From assembly GCA_030041175.1 (NCBI GenBank), contig JASHOK010000006.1, positions 71,710 to 135,709 on the forward strand: DNA of 64,000 nucleotides, in the 5' to 3' direction. Both the position numbers and the translations under genes were made by a program. Shown here piece after piece: positions 43,892 through 51,848 of the stretch (positions within the stretch are counted from its first letter, which is position 1; each line of letters starts with the position of its first letter). The notes under the pieces are model-generated. The model saw nothing but the letters and a program-made list of their open reading frames with translations. It ran no database searches and was not told where the DNA came from. This stretch comes from Thermoplasmata archaeon. GTDB taxonomy: Archaea > Thermoplasmatota > Thermoplasmata > Lutacidiplasmatales > UBA184.

Positions 43892-44036
43892 CCGGAATCC
43901 GGTCCGCCCTCCGGTTCGGGTGAGGGGCCATCGTCCCGGACGAGAAATTTCTGAGTCGCCCGATGTATCGGGCGGAAGAATTTCGATGGCGAGGGTAATG
44001 GCACCCCAGGAGTCGGAGGGGGTCTTCGCACCCCCA

Positions 44037-44051
44037 GGGGTTCAGATCCGG
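44037..44051. repeat. tRNA T-arm-like motif GGGGTTCAGATCCGG (left copy of direct repeat set)
   Basis: Read directly from the sequence. It is nearly identical to GAGGGTTCAAATCCGGG at 44704-44720, and the two copies bracket the toxin-antitoxin pair. Confidence 0.5.
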
Positions 44052-44073
44052 TGAAGAACCGGTCCGGCAAGGT

Positions 44074-44331
44074 CTAGCGCTGGTAGACCCTGCGGCGGTG
44101 GTCGACCCTTTCCACCGTGATCACCCGCTCCGAGGGCGAGAGTGCCGCGAGCAAGCGATAGTCGCCCACGCGGAGTTTGCGTTCGTCGGAGCCCACCAAC
44201 TTCTCGAAATAGTGGTCCGGATCGGTGGAAGCCCTCTCCAAGCGGCCGACGATCCGGCGCGCGACGGTTCGGTCCAGGGACTGCAGGTCACGAATCGCCG
44301 TGTCGGTCCACTGGATCTTCCAAGGCCTCAG
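44074..44331 (-). CDS. RelE/ParE-family toxin (start apparently CTG)
   Basis: Not in the ORF track. My translation gives (L)RPWKIQWTDTAIRDLQSLDRTVARRIVGRLERASTDPDHYFEKLVGSDERKLRVGDYRLLAALSPSERVITVERVDHRRRVYQR*, a classic RelE/ParE pattern (A..DL..L.......I...I..L...P; RlRvGdYRl.y.......i.i..v.hR...Y). The CTG overlaps the antitoxin stop (CTGA). Confidence 0.7.
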   Translation of the reverse strand: MRPWKIQWTDTAIRDLQSLDRTVARRIVGRLERASTDPDHYFEKLVGSDERKLRVGDYRLLAALSPSERVITVERVDHRRRVYQR

Positions 44332-44564
44332 AGACCCAACCGCTGCTTGACGAGATCGTGGTCGGTCACCTGTCGCGCGCGGATGTCGAGTCGGGCACTG
44401 AGGAGCCCGATACGGAACGAGTCGGTGTACACTCCCTCGTCGTCGCCCTCCGGAACCAGGGCGATGAGCTTGTTCACCAATTCGTCATAGGTCTCTCGCG
44501 GAGTCGCCTTGAGCGCTGCCAGCCTTTCCCGAGTGGAGGAGGACAGCTGGATGGTCGTAATCAT
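44328..44564 (-). CDS. Antitoxin (archaeal putative-antitoxin / ribbon-type N-terminus)
   Basis: 78 aa. MITTIQLSSSTRERLAALKATPRETYDELVNKLIALV resembles the small archaeal antitoxin family (TI.lsdet...L..lK...eSfsdvI..Ll). It lies directly upstream of, and overlaps, the RelE-like ORF. Confidence 0.7.
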   Translation of the reverse strand: MITTIQLSSSTRERLAALKATPRETYDELVNKLIALVPEGDDEGVYTDSFRIGLLSARLDIRARQVTDHDLVKQRLGL

Positions 44565-44565
44565 C

Positions 44566-44587
44566 AGCTATGTGATGCCACATAGCT
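44566..44587. promoter_or_regulatory. Perfect palindrome AGCTATGTG-ATGC-CACATAGCT abutting the antitoxin start codon (candidate TA operator)
   Basis: Read directly from the sequence. It begins 2 nt upstream of the antitoxin ATG (44564) on the minus strand. A TATA-like ACTATATG (complement of 44589-44596) follows just upstream. Confidence 0.55.
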
Positions 44588-44703
44588 CCCATATAGTTTT
44601 GGACATTCCAGGTCGGTGAGGGAGGTCCGGCGAACTGAATCGCGCCCCGCATCAGAATCCCATCTCTCCCGCCACACTTCAGTAGTGAGATGGTCACACC
44701 CAC

Positions 44704-44740
44704 GAGGGTTCAAATCCGGGTACCTGAGGGTTCAAATCCA
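44704..44740. repeat. Tandem direct repeat 2 x GAGGGTTCAAATCC (22-nt period), plus a degenerate third copy CGTTCAAATTCC at 44768-44779
   Basis: Read directly from the sequence. The copies resemble the GGGTTCAAATCC core of the T-arm of the tRNA genes in this window, but the flanks do not form T-stems. Confidence 0.6.
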
Positions 44741-44899
44741 AAATGTCGGAGGGGGGAACTGCTGAATCGTTCAAATTCCCTACGTGGCGGGTGTATGGCG
44801 ATTGGCCTCTTCAGGGACCCAGGAACACCAGGTGCCCTGGGCGGCGCACGTTTTCGCGGGTGGACCGGGGCTTAATCTAACAAAGACCGTTCTCAGGTC

Positions 44900-46828
44900 G
44901 TGCCGACGACCCGACGGCTGGCGGCCATCATGTTCACCGACATGGTGGGGTACACTGCGGCCGCCCAGGTCGACGAAAGGGCCACGCTAGCGCTACGCAA
45001 CGAGCAGGAGGCTATCGTCCGTCCGATGCTCACCAAGCATCAAGGCCGGGTGGTCAAGTCCACCGGCGACGGGCTCCTCGTCGAGTTCGACAGTTCTCTC
45101 AAAGCGACCGAGTGCGCGATCAGCATCCAGCGGAAGCTTCACGAACGCAGCGAGAGGACCACTGCTACCCCTATCAACCTACGGATCGGCATTCACCTAG
45201 GGGATGTAGAACAGCAAGGGGCTGACATTTTCGGTGACGCGGTAAACATCGCCTCTCGAATTCAGCCGGTGGCGGAGCCGGGCGGAATCTGCGTCTCGAA
45301 CGCTGTCCATGAGCAGGTCTGGAACAAGATCTCCGACAAGCTCGAAGAGCTCCCTCCGACGGCACTCAAGGGACTACGGGTTCAGATGGACCTCTACCGG
45401 GTCATCTTGCCGTGGACCGATGAGGCATCCCGATCCGCGACCCCCGGTCCAACCGGAATCGCGGTCCTCCCCTTCACCAACATTAGCCCGGACCCGAAGG
45501 ACGAGTACTTTGCGGACGGACTTACTGAGGAGCTGATCTCCGTACTCTCCCGGCTGCGGGACCTTCGGATTATCGCGCGAACGTCGATAACACCCTACAA
45601 ATCGACCTCGAAGGGTGTCTCCCAGATCGGAGCGGAGCTGGGCGTCTCGTCCATTTTGGAGGGGAGCGTGCGGAAATCCGGGAGCCGTTTGCGGATCACG
45701 GTCCAACTAATCGACGTCGGTTCCCAGGGGCATGTCTGGGCGCACACATACGACCGGGAGCTCGACGACATCTTCGCGGTCCAAACCGACATCGCCATGC
45801 AAGTAATGGATGCCCTAAAGCTCGAATTGGCAGGAATTGAGAGGACCCGCCTTCACGCTAGACGTCCGGCGCGGAAGGACTCCTACCTGGCCTACTTGAA
45901 AGGGCGAACTCTGGCTCACGACAGATCCGAAGCGGGCCTGAAGGCGGCGAAGGAACAGTTCGAAATTGCGATCCGCCTAGACCCCGAAAACGCGTCGGCC
46001 TATTCGGGGCTCTCCGATACACTTTACCATCTGGTGACCTACGGCTACACGGGCCCGAATCGGGCCGAGGACATCGCCCTCGGCCGCACCTACGCCGCCC
46101 GGGCGGTCGAACTAGACGCGGACCTCGCGGAAGCCCATGCGTCCCTCGGGAGTGTCTATTGGTACGATTTCCGACACGCTGACGCAGAAAGGGAGTTCTT
46201 GCTTGCGCTATCGCTCAACCCGAGCTATCCCCAGGCCCACACGTGGTACGCACTCCTACTGGAAGAGCTCGGACGACCTGAGGAGGCTCTTCAGGAATTC
46301 GCGCTGGCCGAGCAGGCGGATCCGCTCTCACTGCCTCTCCTCGTGTCGACCGCCCAGCTGCTCAGATGGCTCGGTCGGCTAGACGAAGCTCAAACGAGGA
46401 TCGAAAAGCTCTGGAATGCGAAGACGACACTTTGGGCGGGCCGGACGCAGATGTTCGAGTACTACATGGCCCGATCCGACCCCGAGCGAGCACTGAAGGT
46501 GCTGGATCAGACTAAGGAGGCCAGGCCGGGAGATCCGCGATTGCTGGCCAGTTACGCGGACTACTACGCGCGGACCGGGCAAACGAATCGAGCGATCGAA
46601 CTGCTTCGGGAGTTCGAGACGCAGACCGAAGGCCTCCCGTACCGAGAAGTGACCCTAGCGGACGTGTACACATCTCTAGGTAAGCTCGATGAGGTCTTCC
46701 GCTGGCTCGAAAAGGCGCTCGAGGCCCACTGGCTCGATGTCCGGAACTGGCGACTAAATCCGAACGCCGCCCGCGTGCGGGCTGACCCGAGATTCCAAGC
46801 CCTCCTGAAAAGGATGAAGCTCGCCTGA
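44900..46828 (+). CDS. Class III adenylate/guanylate cyclase, TolB-N-like domain, TPR protein (paralog of 41240..43891 without the N-terminal domain)
   Basis: The sequence reads RRLAAIMFTDMVGYTAAAQ..GRVVKSTGDGLLVEF......ECA..IQ.....INLRIGIHLGDVE..G.DIFGDAVNIASRIQ, then IAVLPFTNISPDPKDEYFADGLTEELISVLSRLRDLRIIARTS, then LEGSVRKSGSRLRITVQLIDV, followed by TPR repeats. GTG start. Confidence 0.88.
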   Translation: MPTTRRLAAIMFTDMVGYTAAAQVDERATLALRNEQEAIVRPMLTKHQGRVVKSTGDGLLVEFDSSLKATECAISIQRKLHERSERTTATPINLRIGIHLGDVEQQGADIFGDAVNIASRIQPVAEPGGICVSNAVHEQVWNKISDKLEELPPTALKGLRVQMDLYRVILPWTDEASRSATPGPTGIAVLPFTNISPDPKDEYFADGLTEELISVLSRLRDLRIIARTSITPYKSTSKGVSQIGAELGVSSILEGSVRKSGSRLRITVQLIDVGSQGHVWAHTYDRELDDIFAVQTDIAMQVMDALKLELAGIERTRLHARRPARKDSYLAYLKGRTLAHDRSEAGLKAAKEQFEIAIRLDPENASAYSGLSDTLYHLVTYGYTGPNRAEDIALGRTYAARAVELDADLAEAHASLGSVYWYDFRHADAEREFLLALSLNPSYPQAHTWYALLLEELGRPEEALQEFALAEQADPLSLPLLVSTAQLLRWLGRLDEAQTRIEKLWNAKTTLWAGRTQMFEYYMARSDPERALKVLDQTKEARPGDPRLLASYADYYARTGQTNRAIELLREFETQTEGLPYREVTLADVYTSLGKLDEVFRWLEKALEAHWLDVRNWRLNPNAARVRADPRFQALLKRMKLA

Positions 46829-46847
46829 CGTCCGCACGCTCGCGAAG

Positions 46848-46955
46848 TGTCGGAGGGGGGATTTGAACCCCCGACCCCAGGATCTCTCCAGCGGCTCGGT
46901 CCGTGGCCGAAGCGCTCTATGAGTCCCGTGCTCTGCCAGGCTGAGCCACTCCGAC
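46848..46955 (-). tRNA. tRNA with CAU anticodon (elongator Met, or Ile2 if modified) with a 34-nt intron at 37/38
   Basis: The minus strand reads GTCGGAG-TG-GCTC-AGCCTGGCA-GAGC-A-CGGGA-CTCATA[34 nt]A-TCCTG-GGGTC-GGGGG-TTCAAAT-CCCCC-CTCCGAC-A. The G1-C72 pair argues against an initiator. The intron can form an AGCG/CGCT helix plus a partial BHB. Confidence 0.85.
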
Positions 46956-46998
46956 GGTGCCCCCGCGCGGCCGCGCCCTCCTCGCGATCGGGACGGGC

Positions 46999-47727
46999 TC
47001 AGGCCGCCGACCCGGCGCTCTCCTCAGCGGCTGGCGCCTCGGGAGCGGAAGGCCCGGACGGCCCGGCGTCGGCGGTCGGCGCCTCGGCACCGGCCGGCGT
47101 CGGCTCGTCGGCGATCGGCCCGAGGATCTCGGACCGGCGGATCTCGATCTTCTTGAGCGGGTAGAGCGTCCGAAGCCCCTGGGATAGGGTCTTTCCGAGA
47201 TCGCCCTGCAGCATCTCGCGGACGAAGTCGGCGGCGGTTCGCTTGCCCGCCTCGTCCACCAGCAGCTGGCGGAGGGTGTTCCGGAGCTCGCTGCGGAGCC
47301 GGGACTGCAGTCGGTGCTCGCCGACGGCGACCGGCTTGAGCCGCATCTGGACCCCGTCCTTCGTCGTGACAAGCAGCGAGGCATCGATCTTGGAGCGCTT
47401 GCGTCGGGCCAGTCGACGGACGTAGTCCGACGTCAGGTCGTGGCCCACGAAGCGGGTCTCGGCCACGCCCTCGCCGCTGATCCGCTCGATCTGAAATCGT
47501 AGCTTGATGTGGGCCTTGGAAATGTCCGCCCCACCGCCCAGCTCGGAGAGCGTAATGTCGATGGTCCGTCCCGTGAGCTGCTCCGGCTCCGTCGAGACGG
47601 TCTCACCGAGGTCGACATGCTGGAAGATGCCGGGGGCCTTGAGCTTGTACCAGCGCTTGGCCCGCCACTTGTCCTTGACGGTACGGGCCAGCGCGGGCTT
47701 CTTCGCAGAGGTCTCCTTTTCGGCCAT
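46999..47727 (-). CDS. rps3ae: 30S ribosomal protein S3Ae (eS1)
   Basis: The sequence reads DKWRAKRWYKLKAPGIFQ...LGET.......L.GR.I...L.EL.G......HIKL.F.I......A.T.F.GH.LT.DY.R.L.RR. Start at the internal ATG (MAEKE..). There is an Ala/Pro/Glu-rich C-terminal tail. Confidence 0.92.
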   Translation of the reverse strand: MAEKETSAKKPALARTVKDKWRAKRWYKLKAPGIFQHVDLGETVSTEPEQLTGRTIDITLSELGGGADISKAHIKLRFQIERISGEGVAETRFVGHDLTSDYVRRLARRKRSKIDASLLVTTKDGVQMRLKPVAVGEHRLQSRLRSELRNTLRQLLVDEAGKRTAADFVREMLQGDLGKTLSQGLRTLYPLKKIEIRRSEILGPIADEPTPAGAEAPTADAGPSGPSAPEAPAAEESAGSAA

Positions 47728-47859
47728 CGGGGTGGGGCCGCCCACTGGGGATTCCTACTTAAATTTGCCGGCTGCGCCGGCGGCGCACCGGCGGCCGGAG
47801 CCGTTTCCCGACTCGTGCCGCCCCAAAGCTAATTAGAGCCGCCCGGGCTCGGCCGCGTC

Positions 47860-49410
47860 GTGGCCGACGTGCCTGCTGCCGGCGCCCGGCCCGCTCCGTC
47901 CGTCGGTGCCCGTTCCACGGCCGCCCAACTCCGGGCGCAGGGCGTTCCCCCTCAGACCCCGGGCGAGCTGTTCCGCGCGGAGATCCTCCGGCGGGTCGAC
48001 GAGACCCGCCGGCACGGCTTCTCTCACTCCGAATCCGTTGCCGCGTTGTTTCCCCACACGGTCCTCCCCAGCGAAACCTACGAAGACTTGGTCGCCGCCC
48101 TGGTCTCCGGGGCGCATCTGCTCTTCTTCGGTCCTTCCGGAGCCGGAAAGACCTCCCTCGCGAAGGAGCTGTGGGACCTGTTCCCGAAGGACCTCTGGGT
48201 CGTGGAGGGCTGCCCGGTCGGCGACGACCCGCTGAGCCTCGTGACCAAGGAGGCGGCCGAACGGCTGCCGCCGTGTCCGATCTGCCGCCGCCGGTTCTCG
48301 CCGGGCGGTGAGGTCGCGGCCTTCGACCCCGCGCTCATCGACGCGAGCAAAGTGCCGGCAGTCCGGGTCCGTCGCCGGGAGGGGTACGGCTTCGCCCGCC
48401 TTCAGGGATCGAGCGAGGTCTTCCCGGATCACCTCACGGGCAACGTCAATCTCCGGAAACTCGAGGAGATTGGCGACCCGATGAGTCCGCTCGTGCTGGA
48501 GCCCGGAAAGCTCCTTCAGGCGAACCGGGGCCTGCTGCTGGTCGACGAGATCGGGAAGCTGCCGCTTGGAACACAGAACGTGCTGTTGCAGTCGCTCCAG
48601 GAGGGCACGGTCACTCCCTCGAAGTCCCGGGAGAGCTTTCCGGCCCTCTTCGTGGCCATCTGCACGTCGAACCTGTCGGACCTGGACAACATCAACGACC
48701 CGCTCTCCGACCGGCTGACGAGCTTGCACGTCGGCTTCAACAAGCGACACTCCGCGAACCGCCAGATCGTGGACCGGGCCCGGCGCGACGCCCCCAGTGG
48801 ATACGTGCCCGAGATCCTCCTCGACGCGGGCGTCCGCATGATCGAGGCCTGGCGGCTTCGGATGTCGGACGAGGACCCCGACATGGGAGAGGTCGGATCC
48901 AACCGCACGCTGCTCGATGTGATCGCCCGGGCGGAGGCCTACGGGACGCTCGGTACTCGGGCGGTCCCCACGCTGGACGACCTCAAGGCCGGCATCCTCC
49001 ACGCCATGCGGGGCCGGATCCGGGCGCGGAGCGGGGATTCGTTCCAACAGAACTCGAAGCGGGTGCAGGACTTCCTGGACCAGCACCTCGACGACTCGCT
49101 CAAGGACAGCGCGAAGGTCTACTGGTGCCGGTACTTCCGGGACGTGCTCAAGTCGAAGAATGACGACGCCCAGGCGCTGATCGGTGAGGGCCGTCGGCTG
49201 CTACCGGACGCGGCGCTGCAGAACGAGGCGAAAGGGAAGGCCGAGATGTTCCCGCGCTTCCACGCGTTCGTGACCTACGTGCAGGAGCGAGAGCACCCGT
49301 CCGCGTCCGCGGGCCCATGGCCCGCGGCGGTGGCCGAGTTCGGCCTCGTCGAGAAGTACTCGCTCTTCAGCTGCGCCGAGGAGCCGACGGATGACGTCGC
49401 CGCCGGCTGA
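47860..49410 (+). CDS. AAA+ ATPase, Mg-chelatase ChlI/BchI-like, with a Cys4 zinc-ribbon-like insert
   Basis: Walker A is LLFFGPSGAGKTSLAKEL and Walker B is RGLLLVDEIGKLP. QNVLLQSLQEGTVT......FPA.F.AICTSN......I.DPL.DRL parallels the ChlI sensor/arginine-finger region. An insert, EGCPVGDD...(20 aa)..PPCPICRRRF, lies between Walker A and Walker B. Confidence 0.75.
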   Translation: MADVPAAGARPAPSVGARSTAAQLRAQGVPPQTPGELFRAEILRRVDETRRHGFSHSESVAALFPHTVLPSETYEDLVAALVSGAHLLFFGPSGAGKTSLAKELWDLFPKDLWVVEGCPVGDDPLSLVTKEAAERLPPCPICRRRFSPGGEVAAFDPALIDASKVPAVRVRRREGYGFARLQGSSEVFPDHLTGNVNLRKLEEIGDPMSPLVLEPGKLLQANRGLLLVDEIGKLPLGTQNVLLQSLQEGTVTPSKSRESFPALFVAICTSNLSDLDNINDPLSDRLTSLHVGFNKRHSANRQIVDRARRDAPSGYVPEILLDAGVRMIEAWRLRMSDEDPDMGEVGSNRTLLDVIARAEAYGTLGTRAVPTLDDLKAGILHAMRGRIRARSGDSFQQNSKRVQDFLDQHLDDSLKDSAKVYWCRYFRDVLKSKNDDAQALIGEGRRLLPDAALQNEAKGKAEMFPRFHAFVTYVQEREHPSASAGPWPAAVAEFGLVEKYSLFSCAEEPTDDVAAG

Positions 49411-51202
49411 AGCCCTTCCGCTCCCCGATTGTTCGCAGGTCGTCGAGGACGTCGAGAGCGACGACCTTCTCTCGACCATCGACAGCGCGGCGGTCATCCA
49501 GGTCCTCGCGGAGCAGGGAGAGGCCGGGGTTCACTCCCTCGTCGAGCAGCTGGCCGCTGAGAACTCCGAACTCGCGCGACGGATCGCCCGCCTCCGGGAG
49601 CTCCTGAAGCGCCAGGCCTCGTCGCGCGTCTCCCGCGTCCTCGAGGAGTACGACCGGCGGAGCCATGAGGTCGAGCTGGACCGCCGCGCCCGAGCCGACG
49701 AACTCCAGCACGAAATGGATGCCCTGGAAGCCCGGCTGGCCGAGGCCCGGAGGCTCCATCTCGGGGAGCTCCCCGATACGTCCCTCTTTGCGGACGTCCA
49801 GCAGGCGCTGCTCCTGCCGACGGCTTCGTGGATGCAACCCCCTCCGCCTCCCACCCTCTGGGAGCGGATCCGCGCCTTCTTCGCGCGGATCGGGGCCTTC
49901 TTCCGCCGCCTCTTTGGCGGCCGGAAGACCCCGGCCGACGCTCCCCGCGAGGAACGGACCGTCCCGATCGCCACGCTCCTTCCGGTCGGTCGGGGCCTCA
50001 CCCCCTCCGAACTTTCCGAGGCGCTCGCCCGGCTGACCCCCCGACAGCAGGAGGAGCTCGAGACGAGCGTCACGCGGGATATTTCGGAACGAGAGCGGGC
50101 TCTCGCGCGCGAGGCCGAGGCCAAGCGCAAGGAGGCCGAAGCCCAGCGCCGCCGTCTCGAGGAGGAGCGGAAGGAGGCCGAGCGACGTGCGCAACGGGAG
50201 GCGGACCAGTGGGCCCGTCAGGCGGAGGAACAGCGCCTTCGACGGGAGCTGACCGAACGCGGACTCGCGACCGAGCGCGGAGGGCAACTCGCCATCACCT
50301 ACTCACTCGTCGAGCGATTCGCCAAGCTCGTCCTAGAGGCGGAAAGCCGGTCGCTGCCCGGGGACGTCCGGATGAGCCTGAAGGGCGGCGCGGCGACCGG
50401 GGTCTACGAGAAGGCCCGATTGCGGATTCCCGACGAGGTCGCCCATCTGGACATTCCCTCCTCCGTGCTGGCGGCCCGCCAAGCCGGCTCCCGGCACATT
50501 GACGAGTCGACGAGCTACGTGTTTCGGGAGATCCTCGCCGAGCGGGTCCATGTGGTCCTTGCGCTCGACAAGTCCGGCAGCATGGGGGAGGGCGAGAAGC
50601 TCCCGGCGGCGAAGAAGGCCCTCCTGGCGCTCTACGTGGCCGTCCGCCGCCGGTACCCGGACGCCACGATCGACGTCCTCGCGTTCGACAACGAGGTACG
50701 ACTGCTCGACCTGGTGTCGCTCTGGGAAACTCCACCCGGGTCGTTCACCAACACCGGAGAGGCGCTCCGCACCGCGTTCCTCCTGCTCCGATCGTCTCGG
50801 GCGAACCGAAAGGAGCTCTACCTTGTGACCGACGGCCTCCCGGAGGCGTACACCGACGCCGATGGGACGACCAAGAGTGGCAACCTGGACCGGGCGATGG
50901 AATACGCGCTCGCCCGGTCGCAGGAGCTCAGCTCGGTGAAGCCGTTCCGGGCCACCATGGTCCTCATCAAGTCCGAGCATCCGGACTACGAGAAGGCCGC
51001 CCGACTGCTGACCCACCAGCTGGGTGGGGAGCTCGTCGTGACCGAACCGCAGCGCCTCGGGATCGAGCTCTTGGTTCGATGGGCCAGCGGCAAGGAACAG
51101 ATCCGGCAGGTCTCTCCCGAGACGAGGACCCCGGTGGCACCGCCGGCCGCCGCAGGTCCGAAGGGACGCCGTCGCAAACGCGACCGCCGGATGGGCGGCT
51201 GA
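49391..51202 (+). CDS. vWA-domain protein with a long Glu/Arg-rich coiled coil (ChlD/BchD-like partner)
   Basis: The C-terminal vWA domain has the MIDAS motif VVLALDKSGSMG ...TNTGEAL... LYLVTDGLP. The middle is REAEAKRKEAEAQRRRLEEERKEAERRAQREADQWARQAEEQRLRRE. The start overlaps the AAA+ gene by 20 nt. Confidence 0.75.
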   Translation: MTSPPAEALPLPDCSQVVEDVESDDLLSTIDSAAVIQVLAEQGEAGVHSLVEQLAAENSELARRIARLRELLKRQASSRVSRVLEEYDRRSHEVELDRRARADELQHEMDALEARLAEARRLHLGELPDTSLFADVQQALLLPTASWMQPPPPPTLWERIRAFFARIGAFFRRLFGGRKTPADAPREERTVPIATLLPVGRGLTPSELSEALARLTPRQQEELETSVTRDISERERALAREAEAKRKEAEAQRRRLEEERKEAERRAQREADQWARQAEEQRLRRELTERGLATERGGQLAITYSLVERFAKLVLEAESRSLPGDVRMSLKGGAATGVYEKARLRIPDEVAHLDIPSSVLAARQAGSRHIDESTSYVFREILAERVHVVLALDKSGSMGEGEKLPAAKKALLALYVAVRRRYPDATIDVLAFDNEVRLLDLVSLWETPPGSFTNTGEALRTAFLLLRSSRANRKELYLVTDGLPEAYTDADGTTKSGNLDRAMEYALARSQELSSVKPFRATMVLIKSEHPDYEKAARLLTHQLGGELVVTEPQRLGIELLVRWASGKEQIRQVSPETRTPVAPPAAAGPKGRRRKRDRRMGG

Positions 51203-51285
51203 GCGACCGACGCGCCGGCGGCTTGCCACTGGAGACCTGTACATTTATCCGAGGGTGCCGTACGAACGACCGACCGGAGCGGCCT

Positions 51286-51717
51286 ATGGATACTCCCCAG
51301 CAAGCCCAACTGCGCGAACACATGGCGGAACTTCGACGGGCGACTCGGGGGCTCGGCCGGGACTTCGCGATCGAGTTCGACAACCTCGACGAGAAGATCG
51401 CCCGCCTCGGGACCCTGACGGCGAAGGAGGCCAAGTATGCCATGGAGGATATCGAAGACGACTTGACGGCCCTCGGTCATTCGATCGGCACCGAGATGCG
51501 CCGCCTGCCGGGCCAGGTCGCCGGCGGGCTCACCAGCGCTGGGAACGCCATCGCCTCGGGCGCGGCCCGGGCCGGTGCCGCCACCGCCGATGCGCTGACG
51601 GCCGCGGGCCACGCGACGAAGGAAGGCACGAAGAACGCGTTCGCGTCGATGGCCGGCGTTCGGCGCACTCCGATGAAGGAGTGGACCGCGCCGGGGTCCG
51701 GCGAGACTGAGCAGTAG
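51286..51717 (+). CDS. Hypothetical all-helical Ala-rich protein
   Basis: 143 aa starting at the internal ATG (MDTPQQAQLREHMAELRR..). The composition is amphipathic and repetitive (phasin/apolipoprotein-like). No domain recognised. Confidence 0.5.
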   Translation: MDTPQQAQLREHMAELRRATRGLGRDFAIEFDNLDEKIARLGTLTAKEAKYAMEDIEDDLTALGHSIGTEMRRLPGQVAGGLTSAGNAIASGAARAGAATADALTAAGHATKEGTKNAFASMAGVRRTPMKEWTAPGSGETEQ

Positions 51718-51848
51718 ACCGACCTCCCTCCGCGTCCTTTATCCGCCCGCGGGACGGCTCCCCCTCCTTCTGGAGGGGAGGAAAGATCCCAGCCCGGGCG
51801 CTCGCGGAATGGCATCCGCTGCGCCGCGTCGTCGTCCGGCCTCCGCGC

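Noticed and set aside
44700-44780. T-arm-like GGTTCAAATCC copies as possible tRNA genes or split-tRNA halves
   Set aside because: The flanking bases do not form T-stems or acceptor stems, and no D-arm or anticodon arm can be folded. They are reported only as repeats.
46847-47164. 105-aa plus-strand ORF (MSEGGFEPPTPG...)
   Set aside because: It is the reverse complement of the tRNA-CAU gene and of the rps3ae 3' end, so it is spurious.
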